From assembly GCF_964355755.1 (NCBI RefSeq), contig NC_092672.1, positions 37,206,437-37,270,436 on the forward strand: a DNA stretch of 64,000 bases, in the 5' to 3' direction. Positions 22,222-35,500 of the stretch are shown here, piece after piece. Numbering within the stretch: the stretch's first letter is position 1; every line of letters begins with the position of its first letter. This DNA is from Antedon mediterranea (Eukaryota; Animalia; Echinodermata). The position numbers and the translations under genes are program-made. The notes under the pieces were generated by a model. The model had not been told where the DNA came from. It saw only the letters and a list, made by a program, of their open reading frames with translations, and ran no database searches.

Positions 22222-24218
22222 ATTGTGTAGGCCTACAGATTATATTTAGTTAATTAGTGTTAATTTTGTAATTGTTTTGATAAACGACTAACAATGTCGA
22301 GTCGATAAAAAAATGGTAATAAACGTTAAATCAATATATATTTAAATTGTGTCATGTGAAATATGTTGATTGCTTTTTTTGTAAAAATAATGTAGATTAC
22401 ATCTGTACTGTATTTCGTAAACGTACTGATAGCAATTGGATAATAACGTTTCTGATTAAATGGAATGTTTAGTTCTGATGAGATGGGAAAACCAGGATGA
22501 AAACTGTATACACAGCAGAGCTTTTTCCTTGCAATGTACCAAGGACTACTAGTAAAAATCACAATAAAAATAATTATTATTAGCATTACTTACCTGAAAA
22601 ATTGTATAAATAAAAAAATGAGTGTTTTTTGAAACAATATTCATAAGGTATAATATTATAAAGTTTACTTTAATGTATGTGCAATATTTATATACAGTAC
22701 TATAAAAAGATTGTTTGTGTGCTGTCTTATATTAACAACTTATTCTATAATATTATTATATTATATAATAATGAATTTTGTATATACAATATTGAATGAA
22801 TAAAGATTGAAGGAATAAAGATGGGAGAGACCCATAAAAGATTAAAAAAAATAAATAAAAATAATTATTCAATTGTACGAAAATAAACTAATAAGTAGTA
22901 CGCATACTGTAAAGCCCAACATTTTCGCGGCCCTAAATTTTCGCGATTTTACGTTTTTAACTATTTCGCGACCTTTTGTTTTTGCGATTTCCGTTTATTG
23001 TGTAACTTAAAAAAATGATTCGTCCTTTTTAAGAATGTAAAGACTATGTAGTTCTTAGAAGTATTTTGAAATGTTTGTATTGTAATTAGCAATACAATAA
23101 GGTTAATGAACTGTTATCTAAATAGAGTAGGTATTACCAGAACGTGATATTGTTGCGGTGGTTGTTTTCGGAAAAAATACGGATTTCATCATTGTTCGTA
23201 AATCGAAACTGGCATGTATTGTTATGTGTGTCAGCTTCCATACAGACAACAATACAATAATGGGTAGCTTTAAACAATCAACTCAAGCAAAAGTTTGGAT
23301 AATGGTCGGTTAAACGTGACTCCTTTGCGCGTGTACGTCGCTACATTACGCAGCGGGAACCAATCAAATCAAAGTACCTACGGTTGCAAAAAGCTTAGAG
23401 TACGTTTCATCTGACATTTTACAGCGGTTTGTAGGAAGTAAAATGAAAGAGGAACATAAATTATAGAAAATATTTATTGTGTCATGACAGGAAATCTTCA
23501 TGGTATTTATAGAGACAAAACTTGTTTGTTTTGATGTAATAAAGGTGGTTTAGCTAGACGCTAGACTATAGATCAATCTATTTTAAACCTTCTATTGCCA
23601 TTTTGTTTGTTAATGTTATGTTGCATTTTGGCAATATAGTTGAAAGTACAGTAGAGTTTATTAAACAAAATAAACACCAGACTGCATAAATAGAATACTT
23701 TTTGAACAAGCCTATAGTCTGTTGTACTTCCGATATACTGATATGAGGACTGGCGGTAATGAAAACAATAATACCCACATATGTCTATTTTAAGAAACTC
23801 TCGAAAATCATTATTATCATTTAAATAATTTATTTAAATTTTCATAATTTAAAAACCATATTTTTTAGAAATTAACATTTCAAAATGCTAACTGTAAGCC
23901 TAATATGAAAAAGCAATTTATAGAATTAACTATTCAAAACATTAAAGCTCTTGGAAATCTAGACCGGATAAAATGTATTTCTATTTTTATTTTGCTTACA
24001 TTGACACACCGGAATACATAAACATAATAAACTTGAGAGTAAACATCTAGGCCTAAAACATGTGAATCGGCACCCAGTTAATATTGTCATTGGCAATCTT
24101 GGTAGGTAATTAAAGTAAAGCAATCAATCAATAAATTTACCGAGTTTCTCATGCAAATTCATAAGTACTAAATTACAATAATTTGATTAAACAAGAGAGT
24201 CATGATCCAACAACGCAA

Positions 24219-24500
24219 AGTGAGTGAAGGCCAAGCGGTTAAGACAGTGGAACCGTAATAACTTAGCCTATTAACAGCAAGGATTCGAGCCTCACTCGCT
24301 CCATGGTCCTGGTGGTAGAACCAGTTTTCTCGGATAAGGACTATAAACCGTAGGTCCAGTGTACACATCTAGCTCATGTGCACTTTAAAGAACCTAGTAC
24401 ATCTTTCGAGACGACTAGGGAGTTACCCCGGTGAACTAGTACACATCCACACTGGCATAACTGATACGCTGTTTAGGGACACCCTCTGTAAATAAGGTGA
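24219..24500 (+). mobile_element. tRNA-derived SINE (tail type A, duplicate of 13135)
   Basis: Homologous to 13135-13450. Confidence 0.75.
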
Positions 24501-24654
24501 AAAAAAAATAAATAAAAAAAAACAAAAATAAATTAAATAAAAAAAGCTTGTGAACTAAAACGAAAAACAGGACAACACGTGACCAGAAACCAGAAAATCA
24601 AATGCAATGGAGTTTCAGAATAAATAACAAATAATAAATCATAAAAATAACTAA

Positions 24655-25477
24655 GGGCCTGTTTCTGCTGCAACTGCTCAAAATACGGTATAAAAATACG
24701 GTATAAAATACGGTATTTTTTATACCGTATTTTTTAGTACCCCGTTTCTGCTAACAATACTTCTTGGGTGGTCGTGTTAAATTTCATCTTTTTTACCCAA
24801 ATTGCCATTCATTTATTTGATCGATAATTAAAAGTTGAAATAAAGGAAGTTTTACGTCTCACTTTCAACAGCCTAGCCCTAGTGATAGAGATGTTGTGAG
24901 AGCACAGAAAACATCGTAATGGGGACAATTAATTCGTTCCCTCCCCGAGTTATTGTATTTTGCAATGTTGTACTGCTTTCGCAGGCTCTTCAGCTTTGAG
25001 TTTACTTGCTTTGGAGACAAGTTTATTCCATACTCCTGCTTTATTTTTTTAGAAATGTCTTTATAAATGTGGTTGTCCCTTTTATTACCTTTTAGTTGGT
25101 CAGACATTTTAGCTTCCCCACACACATTTATTTAGTAAAACTGTGACGTATTCGCTCCACATTTTCGCCGAATATATCTATACATGTGTGTAAAGCAGCT
25201 AACAGCGACAGAAAATAAAAACACGAATGGTGACCTTTTGTCATGTAAAAAAAAAATACGGTATTTTTTATTGGCAGCAGAAACGGGTACAAAAAATACG
25301 GTATAAATTTGTAAATACCGTATTTTATCCACAAATTTTGTGGGGAAAATACGGTATACAAAATACGGTATATTTTTTATGAGCGCAGTTTCTGCTGCCA
25401 AAAATATACCGTATATATACGGTATTCAAAAAATACCGTATAATATACGGTGTTTAGTTGGCAGCAGAAACAGGGCC
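24655..25477 (-). mobile_element. PIF/Harbinger derivative with Myb/SANT-like ORF remnant
   Basis: TIRs gggcctgtttctgctgc/gcagcagaaacagggcc, TAA TSD confirmed by the empty site at ~13615, subterminal aatacggta repeats, ORF 24865-25125 (IYKDISKKI...SPKQVNSKLKSLRKQY) of trihelix/Myb type. Confidence 0.88.
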
Positions 25478-26596
25478 TAATTTATATATAATCGGTGTGA
25501 GTAAACATCCTGAAATTGAAGACAACATTTTCCCTGAATTTTGGTTATTGATATTTATAAATAAAACATTAGGTTACATGAGTAGAAAAACAGGATGTGA
25601 ATGAAAATAGGTTCGTAGGCCTGTATTGCTACTAATAGTTCTGTAGGGATTTGTTTCATTTTCTTTCTCGTACTAAAATCTATTCATACAATGTCAATCA
25701 ATCAAAATCAATCAATAATAACATAACCCATTTTCTTTTCTCTTTCAACAAAATAACAATTTAAATATAAATAATAAAGAGGCAAACCCCGGGAAGAACA
25801 TAATTTGGTCTCCCTCCAAAAAAAAACGTGTGGCGGGTTAAGAAAAAAACAAGTTGTAATCATCCTGTATAAAATCACTTACTTATCCTACAAGACTAAA
25901 GAAGACTAAATACATTCGCCAATTTGGTTCAGCAAATTACACAAGAAACTCAAATCGCGAAAATAAAAGGTCGCGAAATAGTTGAAAATGTAAAATCGTG
26001 AAAATTTAGGGCCGCGAAAATGTTGGGCTTTACAGCATTCATTTTCATCCAAACATAATTATAAACAACAAGAAGATAGTGATTTATTTTTATTTCAAGC
26101 AATATCATAAATTACATTGAAAATACAAAAAAAACGTGGAAATGTTGAACAATTAACATTAAAGAAAGCATTGCGGTAAACATTAGCAATATTATATTAA
26201 AAAATAAACTATATTAATAACCGATTATCTTAAAAATACTTTATCATGATCCATAATTCACATGAGACTCACATGTGACGCTATATCACGGAATCGACTA
26301 TAATATTGTTTGTAGATACATTACTTTTGTACTGAAAGGGAATGTAGTAGTCTTTTGGCATTTTAAGTACATTTAATTACATGGGACATTTATTAAAGGT
26401 GTATTACGTCACTGAATACGTCACGGTTTTTAGTTCAAAATTGTAAGTGAATATTATAATAAATCCAAAGGCAAATTACTGAAAATAATGACAATGCTGT
26501 ACTGGGTATCATTAGCTGGATCTCAATAAAGATACAAAATGAATAAAGCAAAAAGCTCAATCAAAACGATAAAGTAAAACATATAGAAAAAGTAGC

Positions 26597-26627
<31 letters not shown>

Positions 26628-26728
26628 ACGCGCGTGCGTACAACTGAGGACTAGTGCTGTTCCGCCGTACCACGCCGAGAATGTTAAAGAGTCGTTATCC
26701 GATCGAGTTAAAGAACAATACCATGAAA

Positions 26729-26800
26729 GCCCCAGTGGTCTAATGGTTAGGGCAACTGCATATCAAGCAGACGGTCCGAGTTCGAGTCTCGGTTGGGGCG
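26729..26800 (+). tRNA. Duplicate tRNA-like (ATC anticodon) sequence
   Basis: Identical to 14908-14979. Confidence 0.55.
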
Positions 26801-26908
26801 ACTTTTTCTCATTCTCACAGATTTCCTCATCTTTATCGTTTCAAAAATTAATTAAATAATTTTCAGTGTATCACCAAGCGGTTTGGAATTTATTTCTATG
26901 CCTGTTGT

Positions 26909-26942
<34 letters not shown>

Positions 26943-27067
26943 CCAAAGGCAAATTACTGAAAAAAATGACAATGCTGTGGGTTTCAGTGGCTGGATCTCA
27001 ATGGAGATACAAAAATAAAAAGCGAAAAGCTAAATCAAAACGATAAAGTAAACAGCCAGAAAAGTTA

Positions 27068-27104
27068 GCAGAGCTTTCGGGCAACACTAGCCCTTCCTCA
27101 GTGC
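27068..27104 (-). ncRNA. Minimal hammerhead ribozyme, family C (CTGAGGA variant)
   Basis: Core still matches CUGANGA...GAAA. Confidence 0.75.
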
Positions 27105-27165
27105 AAGTGTTTATATATAAAAATCAAGATCAAATAAGTTAAAACTGCCTCAATATAGATTTATT

Positions 27166-27204
27166 TTAACGACATGTTTCGGGCATAGCCCATCATCAGG
27201 TGAA
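27166..27204 (-). ncRNA. Minimal hammerhead ribozyme, family B
   Basis: Intact core on the minus strand. Confidence 0.78.
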
Positions 27205-27709
27205 AAGAATTGTAACAAAGGATAACATATATAAGTCACAAAATGAAATTTAAAACAAAGAAAAAAGCTTCAAGTGTAAATAATTGTTAATATGTGAATG
27301 TCTCTGGCAAAATTAATGTTTAAAGGATCTAAATTGTACATTTATGCCGGTAGGGGCAAGAGTGCCAAGCTTTACAATTATTCTTTCTTCTATAATTCTA
27401 CGAGATGTCTCAGAACCATTACATACTTTAACACCAGAAATTGTAATATCCGAAAGGGAATGCTCATTATTACAAAAATGGGTGGCTACAGGCCGGGACA
27501 TTCACATATTAACAATTATTTACACTTGAAGCTTTTGTCTTTGTTTTAAATTTCCTGCTTTATAAGCAACCATTCCTGCTTTGTACACCATAGCGTTTGG
27601 AAGCGTGCCTTTATAACTATGCCTTTTGTTTGTTAACATCTTTGATTGGCTGATTTGTTTTATTATGTAATTTTGTGACTTATATGTGTTATCCATTGTT
27701 ACAATTCTT

Positions 27710-27748
27710 TTCACCTGATGATGGGCTATGCCCGAAACATGTCGTTAA
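27710..27748 (+). ncRNA. Minimal hammerhead ribozyme, family B
   Basis: Intact core cctgatgatgggctatgcccgaaacatgtcg. Confidence 0.78.
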
Positions 27749-27953
27749 AATAAATCTATATTGAGGCAGTTTTAACTTATTTGATCTTGATTTTTTTCTA
27801 TATCCTGCCTATGCAGCTCTTTGATTTATATATATATATATAAATTGCAGATCCAAATAGTTTATCTAAAACAATAGGCTATTGTATACGACTTCCTGAT
27901 GACTCACTTCTATTAAGCACTATGAGACAACTGTGTCACTTATGTTTTATATT

Positions 27954-28009
27954 TCACCTGAAGAGTGCGGCCAGCTACATGCTGGTCGTACGAAACAAAT
28001 TTGTAGTGA
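27954..28009 (+). ncRNA. Type I hammerhead ribozyme, family A
   Basis: Identical motif; the paralogous copy at ~18314 is deleted after CTGAAGAG. Confidence 0.85.
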
Positions 28010-28044
28010 TTAAAACAATGAAGTAACCAAGTTTTCTGCTGTTA

Positions 28045-28119
<75 letters not shown>

Positions 28120-28294
28120 TCTCAGTAATTTGCCTTTAGATTTATATATATATATATATATATATAAATCTAAAGGCAAATTACTGAGAAAAATGACAAT
28201 GCTGTGGGTATCAGTGGCTGGATCTCAATGGAGATACAAAAATAAAAAGCGAAAAGCTAAATCAAAACGATAAAGTAAACAGCCAGAAAAGTTA

Positions 28295-28331
28295 GCAGAG
28301 CTTTCGGGCATCACTAGCCCTTCATCAGTGC
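28295..28331 (-). ncRNA. Minimal hammerhead ribozyme, family C
   Basis: gca-CTGATGA-agggctagtgatgccc-GAAA-gc-TC-tgc. Confidence 0.78.
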
Positions 28332-28771
28332 AAGTGAAGGAATTTGGATAACGTCATAGTATAAAGCTGGCAAGTGCTGCCTGGGTGGACATGAATAAAA
28401 GAAATATAACAAAGGGAGCCAGGGTGGAGTCTGAATAAGAGTGGAAAACAAAGAAGGTAGCTTGGTAGAGATATAAACAATTTATATACATATATTAATG
28501 TCCTCATCTTTATCGTTTCAAATTAATTAATTAAATTTCAGTATATCACCGGGCGGTTTAGAATTAATGTTCTTTGCCTGATTTGTTTATATATATTAAT
28601 GTTCTTATATAATTTTAAAAAAAAAGGTCATGGTCGTAGAAGAAGAATACAGAGTATCTCCTAGCACACCATTACGTAATATCTGGTAACTACACGTTTC
28701 TATTAGGAAAAGGAACAGGTGTGGAATGTTAACAATTTTTTGATTAAATCAATTTTAAAAACAACTCCCTT

Positions 28772-29120
28772 GAGTGAGTGGCCGAGCGGTTAAGACAGTG
28801 GAACCGTAATTACGTAGCCATAACATCGGCAGGGGTTCGAGGCTCACTCACTCCATGGTTCTGGTTGTAAAACGAGTCTTCTCGGATAAGGACTATAAAC
28901 CGTAGGTCCAGTGTACACATCTAGCTCGTAGAACCTAGTACATCTTTTGAGACGAGTAGGGGGTTACCCCGGTGTATTAGTATATCACAGCCACTGATCA
29001 GGGAGTTGTTATTACAACTAACTAATAACAACTCCCTGCACTGATCACCAACTGGGCCCTCTGGGAGACCAGTCTTTGACTGAAGAGGTTACCCAGTATA
29101 AATATAAATTTCAATCAATT
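28772..29120 (+). mobile_element. tRNA-derived SINE (tail type B, duplicate of 18923)
   Basis: Homologous to 18923-19280. Confidence 0.75.
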
Positions 29121-29541
29121 AACCCTACTCACATCAGTTAAAATTGTCTTCAAATACATGTTGAAACCAACAAACTTCTTATTGTTTACGATAAAAAAAT
29201 ATATTATAGTAATTTCGATAAACAGTATAATAATATTTATAAAACTATTACAAACATTAATTCAATCTGGCCTATACGTGACCTTAAATAAACTGGAAAC
29301 ATTGTATGTAAATGTTGCTTAGTGCAGTTACGTTCAAATAGCAAAATACCGGAATGTGCAAAATGAACTTTCGAAAAATGAACTATCATAACATGTTTCT
29401 GCTGAGCGTATTATACAGTTACTAGGCCTACTGTAGATAATGCGCGCGCGCGCGCGAAGTGTGTGCTAGCATGGTGACTATTTTGTATCAGCCAAAATCT
29501 AGACACAGCTTATAAACGTGCTCTTATAGATTCAGCATAAT

Positions 29542-32500
29542 TCAACTTTCAACAGATTCACTTTGATGTCGTTTTTTAACCATCTGATCACTTGTAATTG
29601 CATCAGATTCAGTAAATGTTACATACTGAGTATCTACAAATGCAAGCTGTTGGAGCATGAGGTCAAAGGTCGAATACAACTCAGCAAATGTTGGTCTTTG
29701 AGATGGAAAGGCTTTCCAGCATTTCGTCATCACTTCGTACCTGTAAAAGAGGTTTCATTGTTTAGGCTCATAAGTTATTAGTTGATTCAGCTATAAATTA
29801 ACTCCCGCTGTTTTGATTTACGTATTTCATCGTGTTATTTATAAATAAATGATTGATAAATTATCTCCGGTAATTTGAATTTAACTTTTATCGATTTCAA
29901 TCGATAATTGATCAATTCATTATTATTCGAAACATGATGATGATGTTTTTTCCACATGTGCACTGTATTGTTTACGATCATATTAATGTAATATAATGCT
30001 TTATTATTGATGCAACTTTATACTTTATTAATCAGTTAATAATGGGAAAATGACATAAACAGAGGCACGATTAAAGTGTAATGTATGTTGCGCTTGGTTA
30101 GCTGCTGTAAAGTGTGTGTGCATTTGATTTGGTAAAGCCATGAATCTGAATTAAACCACTAAAATTAAGTTACAAATATGTTAAAGTTACACAATTGCGA
30201 CAGGTCACCCGAACTCATTGGCCGTCATTGCATATTATTACCCGTATCTCATTGCGACGATGCGTGCGTAGTTGATATTAAAATACCATTTTAAATATTT
30301 TCGATTGTTGATTTGTTTATAATCTGTTTCGAATAACGCAATTAAATCTCTGGAATTCAATGAAACGTAAATTGCTGTGGGGCCTATAATGTATCTTACT
30401 TCTATGGCAATGTTTTAAGGTATTATGAACCATACGTAGGCATATTAAAAATGTAGGCCTAATGAACGACCCTCTAAAAATGTTAATGTTGACAACTTAA
30501 ACGGTGCTTGTATGGTAGCACTGCTTGTGTCATTATTAGTTGTGAAGAAACTGTACTTTCAAATGCATTAAAATTGAAATTATATCTTTCAATATCATAC
30601 ATGCCAGACCAGGTGCATAGACAGCTTTCATGTTAAAGAATGCTAAGCATTACATTTGTCATGCAAACATTGACGTCAAAACTATGTGAATGCTATGAGT
30701 TACTTTGAAAGTACAGTACATTGACATTGACGTTTTTATTATTTTTAGGGAATGACGTCATGAAGGACTTTTTTGTTTATGCCAACATATCTTCGCGCAT
30801 CCAAAACGTCGGGGTGAAAAACCGAAAATGCATAAGCTATGTGCGTACACATTTCTCCGGTGCAAAAACAAATACATAAAAATATTTCAACGTAATTATA
30901 GCTGTTTGTTCATAATAGATACACCATCGTGGTCATCCCACCATTTACTTAAAGTAAAGTAAATAAATTCTATCGTAAAAAATAAAGCACCAAAGAAGAT
31001 ACTTCATAAAGCGACATGTCTGACGTCACAGCGTCGGAAATACATCCGTTTTTACGGGGCGCGTATAAGGACATTATTTTATTAATGTACGGTATGAGCG
31101 GCCGTTATGACCAGAATAGACAACATTTACGGACTATTCTTGCGATATCGGCCGCCCATAATAATTCACAGTAGAAACACTTACACTTCGCGTGGACATT
31201 GTCTTGGCTGCGGCATACGGTACCCATCTATGAGCTTGTCAGTCAGGTCACTAAGTGAGATGTCTGGATAAGGAGGCGAGCCTAACGTAATGATTTCGTA
31301 CAATAAAACGCCGAATGACCATCTGAAAACAAAAACATTATAGGAGGATTTATTCATAAAGTTAATTTTATAGGGGCTCTCGATTCGAGTTCAATTGTAT
31401 TTTTTTTTTTACCGGCCCTCGCGTATCACACGAATAATCACAGATGAAGCCTTCGATTTAACCTAAGTTATGTAATGTAAGTCATTCACTCTATTCATCT
31501 ACACAGTTTTGTGGTTAAACTGTAGACAGACGACATAATTATTATTCTTAATTATAGTGTGGGTCCTCCATGGTCCTTGGTTGTTAGTCATGCGGCATAT
31601 GTGGCCGGAAACTACGTCCATCGTCCACCTTGGTAACCACCTTGGTAAACCAATAATATTGATTCATTGCACGCTATAATAATATGTGGTTAGGGTTATC
31701 AGCCATTGTTTCATACTGCTGATAGCCATTACTCCCACAATTGGGAATTCATGTACCCACGTAGTAGGCCTACTTAAAATCTTAAACACACATCGATGAC
31801 GTAGGCCTACACACCTTAACCAATAGTTGACCAATCACAAAGTTATAATCATTTGTTGCTTGCGATTGATCAAAATCTTGAGTTATGCGCAGGTCATTGC
31901 GTTGTATCCTAGTAAGACCTGAAATGTCGTAAAATCTCTCGATAGCTGAGTATTTAATCTAATCAACCTCGTGTCGAAATTGTTCTTTTATATATTTTTG
32001 TCGCATTGTCAGTGCCCTGAAAATTATTGTCTTAAATAAAGGTCAAATCCTACGCAACTTCCTAAATACTACTTCCGGAAATTGTCTTTCCGACCGTGAT
32101 CACTGTGATCTGATCCATCCTACATCCGCCCGCGCTTAGAAATCAAAATTTGCATTGGTATGACATCCGGGAAATATTAACCTTTAGAGGTCGGCTTTTC
32201 CACTTCATATATTATTCCTTATTATTATATTTAACAAAAAACAAAAACAAATCTTCACAGATTTATTCAAATTAAATTAGGTAGACCCCACTTTAATATT
32301 TAACCTATGGTTGACTAATTCCAATTCGAGTTTGCATTGAATTTACTGTACTATTTTTAATATTAAATATATTTTCCCAGAGTTTCTATAGACAAGTTTA
32401 TAAGCGTCTTGTGGCACGGATTTGGTACAGTACATATTTATATATTGTAAATGTGGGTATATTATATCTCCAATCAACATATTTGTTTATACAAAAAGTA

Positions 32501-35500
32501 CGTTACTGATTCTTTACTCCATGCTGAGCCAATATCAAATTTATTGAACCAAAAGAAACAAACAATTCTGACTTACACGTCACTTTGTATAGTACACAAT
32601 CCTTCTCGAATAGTTTCAAGCGAAACCCAGGCAATGGGTCGTTTTCTCTCAGGAGCAAGTCGTTTGTACCCCCGCATGTAAATATCATTAGCAAGGCCAA
32701 AATCAGACACTTTTACTGTCAAGTTCTCGCCCACTAGTATGTTTCGTGCGGCTAAATCTCCATGGTAGTACCGGGTTTTTGATAAATAATTCTGAGAAAA
32801 TAAATTAATCATTGTATTAATTAATTGGTTTTTCATGGTAAACGCAAGGTTAAATATTAAACGTAGTCGTTTTTGACAATATACATAATTATTTAATTAA
32901 AGATTAATACAATAACATCCGCTAGCAATGCAATCGTCAAAGAGACAAGCGTCGTTGTGTCAAAGTTCAATTATTGATGATGTGAAGTAAACCAAGATTG
33001 TATATAGCCAGCTTATTAGACCTCTCTGGAATTGAACCATTTTAAAGCTGGCGCGCGGACAATTCTCTTCAGTGAGCGCGGTGAATGCAGTTAGCAAAGG
33101 TTATTTAGAAGTCTCTATTATGTGGCCTAATTTGTGAATTCACTAAAGTTGACACTCTTACTCTTGACACTATTTGGTGGTCAATGTGGAAACAAGCCGA
33201 ATATTTATTATCTTCCACTGGGACGCAACGGATGACGTAAGCGCAACGCAAGTGAGTTTAACAATGACAAAGCGACAGTTCGGAAAATTCATTTTACTTC
33301 TGACTAGTCAAATTACATGCGGTGTGCTTACGTCCTTGCGTTACGTCCTAGTGGAAACTAGGCTAAAGCAATGTTTCACTGAAAGAGCACCGCCGACGTT
33401 AATGAGAACCTGTGGCCGTATTCACCAATCACACTCAAGTGATTTTAACCCTAGACACCCTGAAAAAGTTATTTTTAAACACAAATTTGCAAGAACCAAT
33501 TGTCTAAAATTCTCGTTATTCAATCAGTTTCCACGTATTTGGCAAAATACCCCTGACCCCATCAAAGACCGATTATTATTTAGCTTCAGCCAATTTAAAA
33601 ATTCTCTTCATTCAACTATTACTGAACTTTAAATTGTGCATTTCTTTGTGTAATTACAATTATTTCTTATAATTGTTGATTGCTCAATTTGTTTTTGCCT
33701 TTTTTGTTTTGAATTTTTGCTATTTATGTCATATTGTAGTTTTCATATTTTTGATCTTTTGATCTGTATTTTATATATTTTAAAGTTTTTGTGTGTCTTC
33801 AATTTTTATGTGATTTATGTATGTGGTTTGGAGTATTGGAGAGCCACTTTGATAGTGCTTGCACTGTTGGCAATCCACAGGGTACTCCATCCACACTTCG
33901 TTTGTTAATGTTGTTGTCTGTATACCTGGAAATTGAATAAATAAATTAAAAAAAATAAATAAATCTATGATAAAAGTGTTTTCCTTAGCAAGTGTCAAAT
34001 TGGGCAGAGAATACACAAGAAAAATACTGGTACTGAAACCATATATGCATTTTAGGAAATAGGATCATTTTCAGCCCCTGAGCCTAACGACTTACATACC
34101 ATTGCCTTAGCTACTTGTCTTGCTATATTATACATATCAGTTTCCTTAAGACAATAAATCGGATCGTCCACATAAATCCCATGTTCTTCAACAACCTAAA
34201 AAAGTACAAATCAATAAAGTAGTAACAGAAGTAAACATTCTTATTTATACATTTGTCATGCTCCCAGCCGATATTCTTAATATGAAAATGTATAAGAGTG
34301 AATGTTCGTAATGTTAGCAGGCATAACAAATAATGAACAATATTCATAATTTTAGAAGATAATTTGTACAGTATTAATACAAAAAGATCAATACTACATG
34401 CACTGTACGATCATGAATATAAAAGCATTATATTAAATTTATTAAAGTAATTGATAGTGTCATTCGGGATATTTAACTAATTACTCTTCGAATTTTAATT
34501 AGGTTATAAATTATAAATGAAGTTAAGATTATAAGTTAATGGAAACGAATTAACTCGAAATGTCACTAAAAACACAATAATTGACTAATTTAAATATTTG
34601 AGAAGATTTTTTTTCTTTGAAATACACACTAATAAATCTCAAACATCGAGACTCACTGAATCAAGGCTGTGAAATAAAATAGAAATAGATGATATAAATA
34701 TATCGTCGTCGTTTCATAAAATATATTTTGATAAAAATAAACTGTGACAATTATTTCACAGGAAAAGACTTACCTGTCTACACGTTCTAAGAAATCTTAG
34801 CAGGTCACCGTACTTCATTAGTTCGGTAATCAGCAAATATGGTTCTGCTATCATACAGCAGCCAATAACTGCTATTATATTCGGATGTTTTCCAATATTA
34901 AGTAATAATTTAATTTCATCGACAAAATCCTCTTTTTGTTCCTGGTTTGCTGTAACTATAAACATAAAAAAAGTTTTATAAATTTCTGCAACAAGAACAA
35001 TATGAACCATGTATCTGGGGTGTTTTGGCTTGCTACAACAAGAACAACATGAAACATGTATCTGGGTTGTTTTGGCTTGCTGCAACAAAAACAATATGAA
35101 CCATGTATCTGGGTTGTTTTGGCTTGCTGCAACAAGAACAACATGAACCATGTATCTGGGTTGTTTTGGCTTGCTGCAACAAGAACAACATGAAACATGT
35201 ATCTGGGTTGTTTTGGCTTGCTGCAACAAGAACAACAACATGAAACATGTATCTGGGTTGTTTTGGCTTGCTGCAACAAGAACAACAACATGAAACATGT
35301 ATCTGGGTTGTTTTTGCTTGCTACAACAAGAACAACATGAAACATGTATCTGGGTTGTTTTGGCTTGCTGCAACAAAAACAACATGAAACATGTATCTGG
35401 GTTGTTTTGGCTTGCTGCAACAAAAACAACATGAAACATGTATCTGGGTTGTTTTGGCTTGCTGCAACAAGAACAACATGAAACATGTATCTGGGTTGTT

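Larger units (their letters stand above)
22907..26035. mobile_element. Non-autonomous DNA transposon with ~100-bp TIRs, hosting nested SINE and Harbinger
   Basis: ctgtaaagcccaacattttcgcggccctaaattttc... at 22907 is the reverse complement of ~25938-26035; the right TIR alone recurs at ~14080-14179 in copy A. Confidence 0.72.
27119..27797 (-). mobile_element. 5'-truncated Penelope-like element: GIY-YIG C-terminus flanked by inverted pLTRs
   Basis: 27313-27501 (-) PVATHFCNNEHSLSDITISG...RRIIEERIIVKLGTLAPTGIN matches the PLE endonuclease C-terminus; inverted repeats ~27119-27305 and ~27497-27797 each carry a hammerhead. Confidence 0.85.
23708..29798 (+). repeat. Segmental duplication copy B (paralog of 12584-20007)
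   Basis: As for copy A; contains the RTK last exon nearest the rest of the gene. Confidence 0.93.

Noticed and set aside
22326-22586. Minus-strand 86-aa ORF convergent with the OB-fold gene
   Set aside because: No recognisable motif and no consistent exon chain; could be a second cargo fragment but unsupported.
25128-25401. Minus-strand ORFs of 77 and 89 aa
   Set aside because: Derived from Harbinger subterminal aatacggta repeats.
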